Shown here one piece after another: positions 1 to 12,475 of a stretch of 64,000 nt of DNA (position 1 is the first letter of the stretch; the number at the start of each line of letters is the position of its first letter). The stretch spans positions 47,430,001 to 47,494,000 of the forward strand of contig NC_043013.1 of the NCBI RefSeq assembly GCF_006345805.1. The letters run 5' to 3'. This stretch comes from Octopus sinensis. Its lineage: Eukaryota. Made by a program: the position numbers and the translations under genes. The notes below the pieces were generated by a model. That model searched no databases, was not told the origin of the DNA, and was given only the letters and a program-made list of their open reading frames with translations.

Positions 1-377
1 TATTAGCGCGCGTCTACGATGAGTCTACGATTTTAAAAATATTTTATCATCATTTTTTATTCCATTTTAATGCATAATTTTTCGTGTGTCGATGGCGGCG
101 GAGTTGGCGTCCATGGTCACAACTGCACCTGTTTGCTTCTCCCCCTTCTTCCCTCCCTCGTGAAGCTGTGGGGAAGGGAGTGTAAGGAAATCAACGTCGT
201 AAAGCGTTGTCAAGGAGACCATCGTTCTTTTAGAACAACGACTTCATGGCTTGAAGACACCAAAACAGAAATGGCTAAGAAAGCCCGAATTGGCATCTAT
301 AAGGGAAGTAACTCTCTAAAAATGCTTATATAGTTATTTCCCTTACAAACCCGAGCAACGCCGGGCGATACTGCTAG
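1..377 (+). mobile_element. 3' part of a non-autonomous Helitron
   Basis: Subterminal hairpin CCCGAGC-AAC-GCCGGG (350-365), then CTAG (374-377) followed by T: the canonical Helitron 3' end. The 5' end lies outside the window. Confidence 0.7.
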
Positions 378-710
378 TAATATATATTGTGATTATTGTC
401 TGTTTGTATACGCAACCAGGCATTAAGTCCGTCCAACTTCCAGTTTTATACAATATGCATTGCGACTGTTGAATGTTTACATGTGTAACCATCGGACTGA
501 GTCTGTATGTCACTGAAGTATGGTAACAAGAAAGTATAGATGTATGCAGGCAAATACATTCACACTCGTTGTTGAGTGTGCATATGGAAGGATAAATACG
601 CAGATACAATCTATAAGGTACGAACAGACATCGGTAATATAGATTTTTACCACATTCGTGCTTGCGTGAGAGAAATAGATACATAGATACAGAGATGATC
701 TTTATAGTGT

Positions 711-913
711 GCGGCAGAAACGTTAGCACGCCGAGCGAAATGTCGTTACGTTCTGAGTTCAAATTCCGCCGAGGTCGACTTTGCCTTTCATCATTTCGGG
801 GTCGATTAAATAAGTACCAGTTACGCACTGGGGTCGATATAATCGACTTAATCCGTTTGTCTGTCCTTGTTTGTCTCGTCTATGTTTAGTCCTTTGTAGG
901 TAGTAAAGAAATA
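711..913 (+). mobile_element. tRNA-headed SINE, family A (tail A1)
   Basis: GCAGAAACGTTAGCACGCCG head, GAGTTCAAATTCC B-box-like motif, core GCCTTTCATCnTTTCGGGGTCGATnAAATAAGTACCAG, tail ...GTAAAGAAATA. Many similar copies in the window. Confidence 0.8.
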
Positions 914-1248
914 TAATGTGCGGACTTCTACTAGTGAGCCCTCATGAGTCAATTAGATGTTTGAATGCACAGAGAAAGACGCAGACGAATGCGTCTACGT
1001 GCATATGTAAACACCTGTTTACAGAGCCCTCCATTAGAATGTACCACCAACATATCACCAAAACTAAATAAATAGATAAATACAACACACACTCACACAC
1101 ACACATACATATGATTGTGCGGCTATGTGCATATTTTTAAATACTTGTGTAGGTATGCGTGTGCCTACAACCAAGAGAGCGTGGCCATCTGTGATCTACG
1201 TCGCAGCGGGTTGCCAGATAATAGATGGAAGTCTGCCACGATATTTAC

Positions 1249-1389
1249 TTATTTCTTTATTACCCACAAGGGGCTAAACACAGAGGGGACAAACAAGGAC
1301 AGACATAGGTATTAAGTCGATTACATCGACCCCAGTGAGTAACTGGTACTTAATTTATCGACCCCGAAAGGATGAAAGGCAAAGTCGAC
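1249..1389 (-). mobile_element. SINE family A, 5'-truncated
   Basis: Reverse complement of the family A core and A1 tail. Confidence 0.75.
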
Positions 1390-1899
1390 ACGATATTTAC
1401 TGACAGCTAATCACCACTTCAAACGGCATACTGGAGACTCACATGTGTGTGTGTGTATGTGTGCGTGTGTTTGTGTGTGTGTGTGTGCGTGTGTGTGTAT
1501 GTGTACGTCTATATATGTTTTCGTCCAACAGCGTAGACTCCAACCTCATAATCTTACTCTTTGACAGGTTGTTCTTTTCTTTTAGGATTCTATGATTTAC
1601 GCGGACGCACGTGTGTGTGTGTGTGTGTGTGTGAATGTGTGTGTGAATGTGTGTGTGAATGTGTGTGTGTGTGTGAATGTGTGTGAGCGTATGTGTCTCT
1701 ACGCCTGTCTGGGTGTGTGTTCATACCCGGGCGTGCGCACCCCTCCCCGTTAACCAAAATGTAATCTTTCTTTGACAGATTGTACTCTCCATATTTTATG
1801 AGGGTATGGTTTTGATTTTATGTTATATACTCACGGGCAGCTGCCGCTAGCCCCATTGGCCGGTTATAACCAAGATACGGCGAGCAAGAACAATATTCC

Positions 1900-2630
1900 T
1901 GGTATTTGGAGGAGAAATCGAAAATTTAGTGAAAGGCTGTAGAGCATGTGCTCAAGCGGTAAAAGTGAACCATGGCCAAAGCAGATGGTCCGTGGTCGAG
2001 ACTATACATCAATTTCGCTGGTCCTTTAGACAATTCTAACTACTTAATTGTACTGGATAGTTTCTCTAAATGACCAGAAATTTGTCTTCAACTGTGACAA
2101 AGCTTTTACATGAGCTCTTTGTGAGATTTGGCACCCCCAGACACTATAGTGTGTGACAATGGATACAATTTGTCTCTTGAATTTTAAAAGTTTTGTAAAA
2201 CATTCGGGGTGCATCATGTAACTACGGCGCCGTACCACCCCGGGTCTAACGGACAGGCAGAACGGTCTGTCGATACGTTCAAGAGAGCCCTAAGTAAGTC
2301 GAATAAGGAAGTCATGGATGAGGTAGCTCTACAACAATTCCTAAGAGTATACCGTGTGACATCAAATCCAAATACACCAGCAGAGCTGATGTTTGCAAGG
2401 AAAGTAAAATCAGTCTTCGACAAATTCTGCTACCTGGCAATAAAAGAATAATTGAAATGGAAAATACAGCAAGATATTTTAAAATTGGTGAAAAGGTATT
2501 TGTGAGGGCATTTAAGAATGGAAAACAGAGCTGGGAAGATGGTGTGATAATCAAACGCATAGGAAAAATGCTATACTTGGTAAAAAGTAGAAAAGGCGTA
2601 TTCAAGAGACACATGAACCCATAGAATGGT
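1900..2630 (+). pseudogene. Gypsy/Ty3 LTR-retrotransposon integrase remnant
   Basis: Reads across stops and frameshifts as GEIENLVKGCRAC...PWSRLYINFAGPLDNSNYLIVLDSFSK*PE...RFGTPDTIVCDNG...HHVTTAPYHPGSNGQAERSVDTFKRAL (ORF 2209-2451)...FKIGEKVFVR, a typical retroviral-type integrase core and C-terminus. Confidence 0.85.
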
Positions 2631-2855
2631 TCTATGATATTTTTCAAGCACCAACGCCACTACAGGTGATTGAATTGAAACACACAAGCGTAAGGGAAAA
2701 AATGTACGGAGTTCCTAGAAATGGATGCCAAATGAATAAAAATATTAAATGTGGAGCTGTATAAAAAATGTAAACCCAAAAGAGGAGGTGGAATGATGAA
2801 AAACGTATTGTTAATAAAAAGAAATAAAATTACATTACCTAAGAAGAAAAAGCTT

Positions 2856-3000
2856 AAAAGGGGAGATGTTGTAGGCATAGTAATAATAGTACACCCCGCC
2901 CACATGATGACTGGTCGCTATATATATAACGTGACATCGGTTAGTATAGTAGAGAGTACAAAATAGACGGTCATAGATTAGTCGTGTCTTACTTGTCTAA
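2856..3000 (+). mobile_element. Polypurine tract and start of the 3' LTR of the Gypsy remnant
   Basis: AAAAGGGGAGA (2856-2866) directly followed by TGTTGT, just downstream of the integrase. A related sequence occurs at 5929-6060. Confidence 0.55.
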
Positions 3001-3055
3001 AAAAAGTATATATGTAAGTATACATATGCATTCATACATATACACATGTATACAC

Positions 3056-3088
<33 letters not shown>

Positions 3089-4050
3089 CTTATGCATGCA
3101 TAAATATATAAATGTATACACGCACACATATACATACACACACATCTATATACACACACACTCATATATATATATATACGCATATGTATATATATATACA
3201 TTCACACATACATACATACATACATACATACATACATACATACATACATACATACATACATAGACACAGAGAAGGGGAGAGAGAGAGAGATGTACAAATT
3301 GTTTTAGCGAAAGCTGTATAGAGTATAGCATATATGTTATTACCACTCTCCAGTGATATGATAATATGCTATGATATACGACATCAGTATTTTATAATTA
3401 TATTTGATGTTTAGCTGATATTACTTTCGTTTCAATAGCTACAAATGCGCAGACATCTATATTGAACTTATGAGATAAGTCTTAAACACCGAAAGATGAA
3501 AAAATAGATCGGTGAATCTACCTCTGAATAGAATTATTTACCAATGTTTAGAACAGCTTCTTAATTGTCTCCTGGCAGAATCATAAAGAATTGTATTTCT
3601 TTTGAAAGGAATAATTTAACACGTTTGAACTATGTTATTTGCTCTGAATATTCCTCCAGTTTATTGGTTTTGACTCGGAAGAGCTGTTTGATCGTCTCAA
3701 TTATGAAAACCCTTGCTTAAAACTGATTCACAGCCGAAGCTAAATCTGTTTATGCCGAAATGATGAACACTGTCCGCAGATAACATGTCAACTTACTGGA
3801 GAAAGAGACTACAAAAGCAAATGGTGGCCCCATAGCTATTGCCGTTCATTGTAGATCGAGACGAATGCTGACCTCAATATTCACTACGTAATTAACATAT
3901 TTGATAGAGATTTGTAATCAAAGTCACTCGACAAAGTCACTCATGTGTTATAACAGTGAAACAAAAAGAGGGGGCAGTAGAAGGGAGAGAAAGAGAGAGA
4001 GATGGAGTGAGGAAGGGAGATAGAAAGATCTTGCCAACAAAGAGCAATGT

Positions 4051-4165
4051 TATTATGTTATTATCTAATCGGTTAATATAAAAAAATATTATGTTATTAT
4101 CTAATTATGTTATTATCTAATCGGTTAATATTATGTTATTATCTAATCGGTTAATATAAAAAAAT
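4051..4165. repeat. Iterated ~28-36-bp AT-rich tandem repeat
   Basis: TATTATGTTATTATCTAAT(CGGTTAATA) occurs four times, one copy truncated. Confidence 0.85.
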
Positions 4166-4167
4166 AC

Positions 4168-4335
4168 TAGGAAACTGGAAGGAATTTGCCTTGGCTTCCG
4201 TACTCCAATCCGAGGAAACTGATAGAGAGCTGCCTAGGATTCCGTACTCTAATCCGAGAGAACTGGTAGCGACCCGTTTTAGTTTCCATACTCCAATCTG
4301 TGGCCCCAAGTGGTGATCTGATTCTGTTTCCGTCC
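4168..4335. repeat. Diverged 44-bp minisatellite
   Basis: TTCCR anchor at 4196, 4240, 4284 and 4328 (period exactly 44). It extends to TTCCRTACTCYAATC in the first three units, with variable intervening sequence. Confidence 0.7.
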
Positions 4336-4372
4336 TTTGTCAATGTATTAATCTCACAGAATTTGTTCGCAA

Positions 4373-4568
4373 AAGTCTAAATTTGTTTCTAAAAGTCTAA
4401 AATACAGTATTGTTGAACTGAGACGCGTCACCTGGCAGAATCATAAAGAATTGTATTTCTTTTGAAAGGAATAATTTAACACGTTTGAACTATGTTATTT
4501 GCTCTGAATATTAAGCAAGTCTAAATTTGTTTCTAAAAGTCTAAAATACAGTATTGTTGAACTGAGAC
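4373..4568. repeat. 52-bp direct duplication flanking an 82-bp copy of 3571-3652
   Basis: 4373-4424 is identical to 4517-4568; 4431-4512 is identical to 3571-3652. Confidence 0.9.
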
Positions 4569-4999
4569 ACGGCCATGTTTGTTATTTCACAGCAATCAGT
4601 ATATATTATGATAGTTTATGAAATTAGTCATTTTCATTTGAATTCCCACAAACTGATATACAACTAAGCCTATAAGTCACATGTCAATCTTTCTTCATAT
4701 TTTTGTGAATTGATACATTGTTTTTGGCAGAAGATATTGTCATTAATATCAATAGTTTTCCAATATTTTATTGACCATATACGAAAAAAATACCGATTCG
4801 ATAAACATACATAATGTACCAGTACATAAATCATGTATTAAATATCAAGGAATTTTGTGACGGCACTTTACGGTTCACTGACCAACTGATCCTATTTGTG
4901 AAATCTTTGAAAAAAACCATTGAGGAATTTGTTTCTCCAGACAGCTTAACGCTACGGAATTCAGAGGTATCCTTCATTTGCATTTTTTAATATTGTATG

Positions 5000-5389
5000 T
5001 GTTTCAGTCATTAGACTTCGGCCATGCTGGAGCATCGCCTTGAACATGTTTTAGTCAAATGTATCGAGCCCAATACTTATTTTGTAAAGGCCTGGTACTT
5101 ATTCTATCGGCCTCTTTCGCCGAACCACTATGTTACGGGGACGTAAACATACCAGCACCGGTTGTCAAGTGATAATGGGGGTCAAAAACAGACACAAAGA
5201 CGCACGCACACACACACACACACACACACACTATGCGGTGGGCTTCTTTCAGTTTGCGTCTACTAAATCTACTCACAAGGCATTGGTCGGTCCTAGGCTA
5301 AAGTAGAAAGTACTTCGCCAAGGTGCCGTGCAGCAGGACTGAACCCTGATTCATGTGGTTGGGAATCAAGTTTCTTGCCACACAGCCAC
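5000..5389 (-). mobile_element. tRNA-headed SINE, family B (internal microsatellite)
   Basis: Reverse complement of head GTGGCTGTGTGGCAAGAAACTTG..., internal (TG)n, and tail GGCGATGCTCCAGCATGGCCGAAGTCTAATGACTGAAAC. Confidence 0.8.
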
Positions 5390-5782
5390 GGAATGTTTTT
5401 CTTGGTCACACTAGACATTCCAACTACGAGTCCCTAAATACAGGGACCAGCATGGGTAGATAAACCAAGAACTATCACAAAAGTGAGAAACGACAAGCTG
5501 GAACTTAATCCAGCAATGGTTACGCAACAGTTTGATACGATCAAAAATATTTCACTATGGCGTACGTGCTGATTATTCTATTAGAAAATATATTCTTTGC
5601 AGTACACATTATTATACATATTCTTCGTGATTTTTCCTTTTACCACTTTGACAAGTGTGGTGAGGTTTGTACTTCGTTGCTTTTAGAAGCTCAATTCATA
5701 TCCGCAAATTTTCTACACTAATTGACAGAATAATTCTGATTGATAAGCCAATACATATATATATATATATATATAATATATA

Positions 5783-5815
<33 letters not shown>

Positions 5816-5928
5816 AGCAAAATAGCTAGTTGTAAAATCTCAAGAAGCGATCAGAGTAGAAACTACATTGAAAAGTAAAGTCAGTCGCCACATCAAAGTG
5901 GCTGTTCCATGTTACTACTAGTTTAGCC

Positions 5929-6060
5929 TGTTGTGGGGATAACAGTAATAATGGTACACCCTTCCTACGTGACGAGTGGTACGTGATCGTCGTTATATAT
6001 AACGTGACGTCGGTCAGTATAGAGAGAGTACGAAGTAGACGGTCATCAACCTCGCTAATC
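5929..6060 (+). mobile_element. LTR fragment related to 2867-3000
   Basis: Starts TGTTGT and shares AGTAATAATnGTACACCC, TATATATAACGTGAC and TAGACGGTCAT with 2867-2972. Confidence 0.45.
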
Positions 6061-6639
6061 AGCTATTTAGCTAGAAATTATATTCCGCATGAAGAATAGT
6101 GCTCTGCTGTGTAAGAAGACAACACCGTTGTTACACATAAGCGTTCTAAACTTCATGCAACAAAGAGCCAATGGGATCAAATGTTCAGATGCAAACGTTA
6201 GCAATGTATTGAAGCCTACTTTCCTCTCTCTGTTGTTGTTAATTTAACGGTTATTTTCTTTGCATCTTCTTACCATACCTCAGTCTCAAAATGTTAGAAG
6301 AACATCCGGAACGCTTCATGAAAGCCTTCCTCTACGAAATTCTACCCACCTGGAAATCCAATCCTACCCAAGTTCTCCTTCCAGGCAGAAATGAGCGTAA
6401 ACCGCATCGTCGTCACTAACCACGGATCATGTTGAAGATATATGAAATTTGCTTCTCGTCGGATTAAATATACATGGATTTATTAGCCATTGTGTCTTAT
6501 ATATCCATCGTATAATATTATTTATGCTAGTTTATCTAATGCACTTTATTCATATATGCTGCAATATAAATTCAAATATATATTTAATCGATATAGAGTA
6601 AGAAAGAAAAATAACCAATAAAGATGAACATATTGAGAC

Positions 6640-6900
6640 CGATGGATCAAAAGAATATTGGGTGAATAGAACAAAAACAGCCAGCAATCTGAATAAAATA
6701 CCCCATCATCGATATTGCAGTTTGGAACCACAAATTAAAAACATGGTTTGCTGTGGAAGTCAGTTGCCTGCATCTAGTGTTGTAACTCTTATTGTTGGAG
6801 CGAAAGGAAAAACAGCAACCCACTAACTCGCCTAGATCAAACTATGACTGAAATTCGATTTCTAGAAAAAAAATCTGCATATCTTCATCATTGAGTTGCT
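6640..6900 (+). mobile_element. Highly decayed restriction-like-endonuclease LINE (Dong/R4-like) fragment
   Basis: Reads DIAVWNHKLKTWFAVEVSC, resembling the PD-x-D/E-V-x-C endonuclease region seen at 57694-58098. Confidence 0.35.
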
Positions 6901-7096
6901 GTAGATGATCAGAAAATGTTTAATCTGTGACAGAATAAATCTACGAGATCTTCTCGAAATTTAAAGGACGGATGCTAGCTCTAGGATGGAAAACAAGAAC
7001 CTTTATTTTAACTAGAGCAGCTAGCTGACCACACGAGTTAAAAAAAGAAAACATACATAAATATATACCTTTAGGAATATGTAAGCGTTTGTGTGC

Positions 7097-7170
<74 letters not shown>

Positions 7171-8066
7171 ATGCCCGCTAGTGCTCATCTAGAGACAGAG
7201 AGATGGACAGAAAAACAGAAATTTTGAGTCAGACACATGAAAGCATGGAGGAATAGTGTTTGAACTATAAGCAATTGAACACAATCGTCTAACTACCTCT
7301 GGTAGTCACGTGAGGCTCAATTTATGTGCATATATGTAATTATACCCAGACTCAGATACACACACATACTCAACACATACACACACAGGTACGTGTAAAT
7401 ACAAATACATTTCATTAAAGTTACATTATGATTATCATTATTAGAAGCAGTTTACATGTGCATATCACGAACGTACAGAGGAAGAGGCGCGACTACACTT
7501 TGATGCATATTCTTATATGCATATACATACACATGCACACTTATATATATATTACATAGAACAACGGAAAAGTAGATCAAAATAGCTAAATCGATGGTTG
7601 TGAAGGATATACTACAATGTATTAATGGTATGAACTAGCTTAAGGATAACACTATGATCGGTGGCATGAGTTCTAAGATTATTCCATACAAGAGTAATGG
7701 TTGTGTGATTACCTAAGAGCAATGGCGGAACTTTAAGGAAATTGAGTTCTTTTTAACTAAATTTCCCTACCGTATCAAAGCAGGTTTATCGACAATTTCT
7801 ACATTAACTGTTATTTACAGTGAATTGAACCTAAGACCTCATTATAATTTACTTGTTTGAAGGATTTCAAAATATTTGAACGTCGAAGTTTAAGAGGTAT
7901 CCTTAAAGCATTGCCTAAAACGTTCTCTTATTTTCAAACATTATAGTCCGGTCATCAATAATATTGATTGAAAGACGCAGAATTGCTTGAAATTTACCAT
8001 ATTTATATACACAAACACTTATTTGTGAAGTTTGCAGGAATGGATTATACATTTATGTGTATGCAT

Positions 8067-8380
8067 ATATGTATGTATGTATGTGTGTATGTATGTATGT
8101 ATGTATGTATGTATGTATGTATGTATGTATGTATGTATGTGTGTATGTATGTATGTATGTATGTATGTATGTACGTATGTATGTTTGTGTGTATGTATGT
8201 ATGTATGTATGTATGTATGTATGTATGTACATATGTATGTATGTATGTAATGCATGTATGTATGTATGTATGTATGTATGTACATATGTATGTATGTATG
8301 TATGTATGCATGTATGTGTGTATGTATGCATGCATGTATGTATGTATGTATGCATGTATGTGTGTATGTATGCATGTATG

Positions 8381-8416
<36 letters not shown>

Positions 8417-8500
8417 TGTATGCATGCATGTATGTATGTATGCATGTATGTATGTATGTATGTATGTATGCATGTATGTATGTATGTATGTATGTATGCT
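8067..8500. repeat. (TATG)n microsatellite
   Basis: More than 400 bp of TATG with TGTG/CATG variants. It is the source of the MYVC/HTYI ORFs. Confidence 0.95.
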
Positions 8501-9104
8501 TATACGTAAATGTGTGCGTGTTCGTTTGACTCTTTTACTTCGTATCATCGCTACTCAGAGTTTGTAGCAGTATGCAATCTTTCAGATCAAAAGAAAAAAA
8601 ACAAAGACACGTCATCCTCGGATAATTAATTACGCTTAACTGATGAATATAAACTAGTTTATCACGGTTAAGGAAATGCATTCATCATTCCATTTGTGAT
8701 CCTTACACCGGATATAATACGTCTGGAAGCAGATAGAATATAGATCAGTATACATTTTGTGAAGATATTCTTACTCAGCATGCATTAAACTTCAAAATAT
8801 ACTTATGTATGTTTTGAAAGATGCCAATAATTATCTTATGATTCTAAGAAACGGAAGTTTCTTATAATCAATATTTAAAAATAAAACAAATAGATTGTAA
8901 ACAACAATAGTAATAATAAAGATTTTGCAATAGATGTGAAATGATTAGAGGGATTTCTAACGAGTGAATGATACAGCTAGTTTAATCAATCTACTATTTA
9001 ACCGGTGCTTATCAATATCGAAAGAATATTTAGTCCATTGTGGCGAGATTTGACTTTAGAGAGAAAAGATAGTAACAAGAAAATTAACCGTGAGTCTAAT
9101 AATG

Positions 9105-9310
9105 ATATTTGGTTTCAAATTTTGGCACAAGTCCAGCAGTTTTGGAGGAGGAGGTAAGCCAATTATATAATCGACACCATTGATCAACTGGTACTTAATC
9201 TATCGACCCCGAAAAGAGGAAGCGCAAAGTCAACCTCTGCAGAATTTGAACTCAGAACGTAAAGACGGACGAAATGCCAATAAATACTAAATATTCTGCC
9301 AGCTTGCCGC
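9105..9310 (-). mobile_element. SINE family A (tail A2)
   Basis: Reverse complement of the head, core and tail ...CTTGTGCCAAAATTTGAAACCAAATA. A second, more decayed copy follows at ~9330-9500. Confidence 0.75.
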
Positions 9311-9759
9311 TTTAACAATATTATTAACGCTTCCTAGTTGAAGTACAAACACAATAATTTTGAGGAGAGACTGTTAATCGATACCAATGATTCCAACACT
9401 TAATTAGTAATTTATTATCGAACCTGAAAGAATGACAGGCAAATTCACCTTGGTAGGAATTGAACTGAAAATGTTGGAACAAATACTGTAAAACATCTTT
9501 TCCGTTGCTAGACGACAGATGACAGGGGAATTCGTGATGAGATACATGAATTGATTTGATTTGCATAGAAAAATCGAATGAAGCAAGAAACATGAAATGC
9601 AGGTATAAATCATATACAAATAATGGAAAATGGAATCCTGCAGATGCAAGATAATCCTGATCACCAACGGTAAATGACCTCCCCTATTGTCATTCTCCAA
9701 CTTACAGACTTGGAGTGATCCCAACGGAATCCATCCGTTCTGCTGCCTGTGGCGGTATA

Positions 9760-9991
9760 AGGCGGCGAGCTGGCAGAACCGTTAGCACGCCAGGCGAAAT
9801 GTCTAGCCGTATTTCGTCTGTCGTTACGTTATGAGTTCAAATTCCGCTGAGGTCGACTTTGCCTTTCATCCTTTCGGGGTCGATAAATTAAGTACCAGTT
9901 AGGCACTGGAGTCGATGTAATCGACTTAATCCCTATGTCTATCCTTGTTTGTCCTCTCTATGTTTAGCCCCTTGTGGGTAATAAAGAAATA
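9760..9991 (+). mobile_element. SINE family A, full length (tail A1)
   Basis: AGGCGGCGAGCTGGCAGAACCGTTAGCACG through TAATAAAGAAATA. Confidence 0.85.
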
Positions 9992-10009
9992 GGTATACGT
10001 CTACCAAAA

Positions 10010-11000
10010 GATTCCCAAAAACAGTATGACATATATTTGTAAAACTGGATCAGTAGACCGTCCAAATATGGTGATTTGTGTCTTGTAGAACTGCTCATTG
10101 CTTCCCAAATTTTAGCTGCTGTTATGGGCTTTTAGCAGTACTTTGCCTCTTCTGCCGTGAGCCTTAGAAGCTCATTGAGGCAGGCACTGATGTCATTTAC
10201 CGTTTCCAACACATCATCCACCCGAAGCGGTGTACATATCTGCTCGGAACCGAAAAGCACGCATCCTTTCTGATCTGTTTAAGACCCGATTATAGTTTTC
10301 TTGTCAAGTCATGATGATGCCATTCGAGCCCATCGCAGAGTTTTTTTTCGTTTTTGTCATAGGCTTTTCCTCTCACAATGCGCCATTCCTGTCCTGCGTT
10401 GAAGAAAAGGTAAAGAGCCAACCTCCCGCTCGCACGTCATCTGAGATGCTTTTACTAATCGCCTCCTCTAGAGTGTCAACTAATTTATGTTTCTCTATTA
10501 TTAGTTTATTCTAGAACTTATCTTGTGACTGTCCTCTTCATGATGCCCTGCTCCATATCGTTGACGATTGGCCACGTCAACTGCCGTTCATCTAATTCTG
10601 TAGCGTCATCTCTGTGACCATATCTTAATCGACCACGTAGACCACAAATTTATGGTAGGTGTAATCGATCAATTTGAACAATGAATATCCTATTCTATCC
10701 CTATCCGCTCGCCTAGCAAATACGCTTTCGAGATCCGATCTAGATGACACAGAGGTTGTTTTATTTCCATACTGTTGCATCAGGAATTCAAGTCGACACC
10801 AGTCAGACAATCGAAAACTTCTTAGTAAAAATTTCAGGCTTTGGGCCCCCCTGATTCTATGCAGTAGCTCCACTCAATCACGCTGCAAGTACAAAATGTA
10901 CTTCCAATCACCCGCTGGTACTTCTAAACGTCAGAAAGAAGCGGGTCGTCGTACTCCTGTTTAGACATAAATAGTAACTAGTCTCAAGGCACACCATAAC
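10010..11000 (-). pseudogene. Tx1/L1-clade LINE ORF2 remnant (APE endonuclease to pre-RT region)
   Basis: Minus-strand reads in the expected order: PAGDWK (GDxN-like), SRSDLESVF and YTYHKFV (SRID/SDH-like; ORF 10625-10873), IVRGKAYDKNEKN, and KPITAAKIWEAM...KSPYLDGLLIQFYK (KSPGxDG-like). It may extend to ~12100 as a decayed ORF1. Confidence 0.7.
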
Positions 11001-12239
11001 AAAGGATTATACAGTCGTGCAGGTGACCCGAAATTCGTAACAGGTCTTCCACTATAATGCATCTTTCAGCGCTATCAAATTATACTATTGTCTTCGACAG
11101 GCGCGATACCACGATTGTCGCAGCGAAAGGTCCGCTGTCTGATTATAGATTAAAGTCGTTTTAAATTTGGATAAGAATGAGGAAGGGATTCATCGGATGA
11201 CCATCCTTACTCCCGCTTTCCTGACTTCTTGGACCAATGGTAAGGCGGTGAGAGACGGCTAGATACATGCTAAGAATGCATGAGAATAAACAGAAGGTTT
11301 TGCCCAGCCGTGAATTCCACAGCATCATTGCTGGATAGTATTTTTCAGATCGTTGAACTTGACAACTGATTAGTGGCGTTCGTTAGCAGAGTCCACCAGA
11401 AATCCAGTTATCAAATGCCTATAGTGACAAGCTTTTAAAAAATTTCATCAGAATTTAAATCTCCATGGTTTACACTGAATTTCGTTTAGCTGGCCTGCCA
11501 GCACTCTTGCCGTGACCTGACGCATGCATACAGTTCTTGGTGCCACAGATGAGGTCTGAATAACGGGCAGAAGACAATAGCTGGTGACCTACCCTAAAAA
11601 TGAATTTGCAGGGCTCCTACCAAAGTATTATCCTTCCCGGACTCAATATCTTATCCAGAGTAGTATAAAACAAAAGTCACAAAATACGTACAAGCCACAG
11701 TCGTTTTTCCAACAAGTTAACAAATCTGAAGTAGTAGAATCTCTAAAGTAACATTAAGAAAAGTAAAGCACATCCCATACGTTTAGTAACCAGTTGATGT
11801 TAATGGATTTAGAATGACTTCTGTCAAAAGAATACTTCAAAACTAAGACTATTCAAGAATCTACTACCCTTTTTAATGTTACTGTTTAATAGGTTGTTGG
11901 TCGACTGACGACAGAAGTGCTTGTTTTGTATCAGATACCGTACGAACGTTCCCCTACTAAGAAACGTATTGGGTCGACATTTAATCCACTCATCTGTTGC
12001 AACTTTAGAGATCACGGCTGTAAAATGCTTACAGTTTCTATGTTGTTGGCCTCCTCTTAAAACAGAGGATGTGCAGCAATTAGTTCTTAACATTTGGAAG
12101 TTCAAATAAATGTGAAATAGTGACTGCAAACATTTTATTCGTAACTATGGTGACACCTCCTTTAGCTGTGAGCAAAATGTTTAAAGTTGTTGGAGCATTG
12201 ACGATGATTGCAATAATAGCGATGTTGTTGGTGTTGTTG

Positions 12240-12294
12240 TTGATGATGATGATGATGATGATGATGATGAGATGATGATGATGATGATGACGAC

Positions 12295-12360
<66 letters not shown>

Positions 12361-12366
12361 GATGAC

Positions 12367-12400
<34 letters not shown>

Positions 12401-12401
12401 C

Positions 12402-12455
<54 letters not shown>

Positions 12456-12475
12456 CGACGGCGACGACGACGACA
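12240..12475. repeat. (GAT)n microsatellite
   Basis: Long GAT array with GAC variants. Confidence 0.95.

Noticed and set aside
3440-3900. Decayed coding-like sequence
   Set aside because: Multiple stops in all frames and no motif assignable to a gene or TE family.
4168-4335. CRISPR-like repeat-spacer appearance of the 44-bp array
   Set aside because: Eukaryotic context, no cas genes, repeats degenerate, and the spacers partly resemble each other. Kept only as a minisatellite.
7968-8567. Long ORFs such as 7968-8567, 33510-34110, 43187-43741, 49341-50189 and 50891-51628
   Set aside because: They are stop-free only because they run through microsatellites (MYVC, HT, poly-I/D/S/L). No domain content or splice support.
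8635-8673. CTTAA-CTGATGA-hairpin-TTAAG resembling a hammerhead
   Set aside because: Stems I and II are plausible, but GAAA, stem III and the cleavage triplet are absent.
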